A DNA stretch of 64,000 nt from Euglena gracilis (lineage: Eukaryota): assembly GCA_039621445.1 (NCBI GenBank), contig CP154954.1, forward strand, positions 33,209,455-33,273,454, in the 5' to 3' direction. This document shows, one piece after another, positions 63,731-64,000 of this stretch. The first letter of the stretch is position 1; every line of letters begins with the position of its first letter. The notes beneath the pieces are model-generated. The model saw nothing but the letters and a program-made list of their open reading frames with translations. It searched no databases and had not been told where the DNA came from. The translations under genes were made by a program, and so were the position numbers.

Positions 63731-64000
63731 TGGGGGGTACGCAAAGCAAAGGGTCGGGTGTAAAATTGTTGTCGGGCCAACTGTCCCATGACCCTTTGCT
63801 TACTTTGCTCAACATTCTAAGTAAAAATTTGGTGCGGGGAGTGGGGGAATAAAAAAATTTTCCGGGTACCGACCAGAAAGACGGATGGGCAGGGGCTACA
63901 GGGGTGATCAGTTCCTCCTCCATCTGTTCGTCAGCCCAGAGGTCCGTGCCATCAGACCTCGGGCTGGAGTTGGCTGATCCTAATTCTGCCCTTCGACCTC

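Overview
Repeat-rich eukaryotic nuclear DNA, very probably from a euglenid. The protein genes mix GT-AG introns with non-conventional introns whose ends base-pair, with CAG at about +4..+6 and CTG at about -8..-6. Genes reconstructed by hand, all on the + strand: an FKBP-type PPIase, PDCD5, an unidentified multi-exon gene, tRNA-Gly(GCC), the 3' end of a PIH1/CS-domain gene and part of a PPR gene. The right end holds a complete-structure DIRS1-like tyrosine-recombinase retrotransposon (ITR/ICR, RT, RNase H, N6-adenine MTase, YR). Its YR gene is interrupted by a non-coding mini-LTR element, and next to it lies a relic with a retropepsin and a second adenine MTase. The middle (26-39 kb) is satellites and telomere-like arrays. 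The most interesting observation is that several non-autonomous hAT-type MITE families have CAGG(G)...(C)CCTG termini and 8-bp target duplications. The non-conventional introns are cut 3 nt before CAG and 5 nt after CTG, so 3+5=8 nt, exactly one TSD. These MITEs therefore look like ready-made introns. Long G/C homopolymers suggest some indels may be assembly errors. All coordinates were counted by hand and no database search was run.
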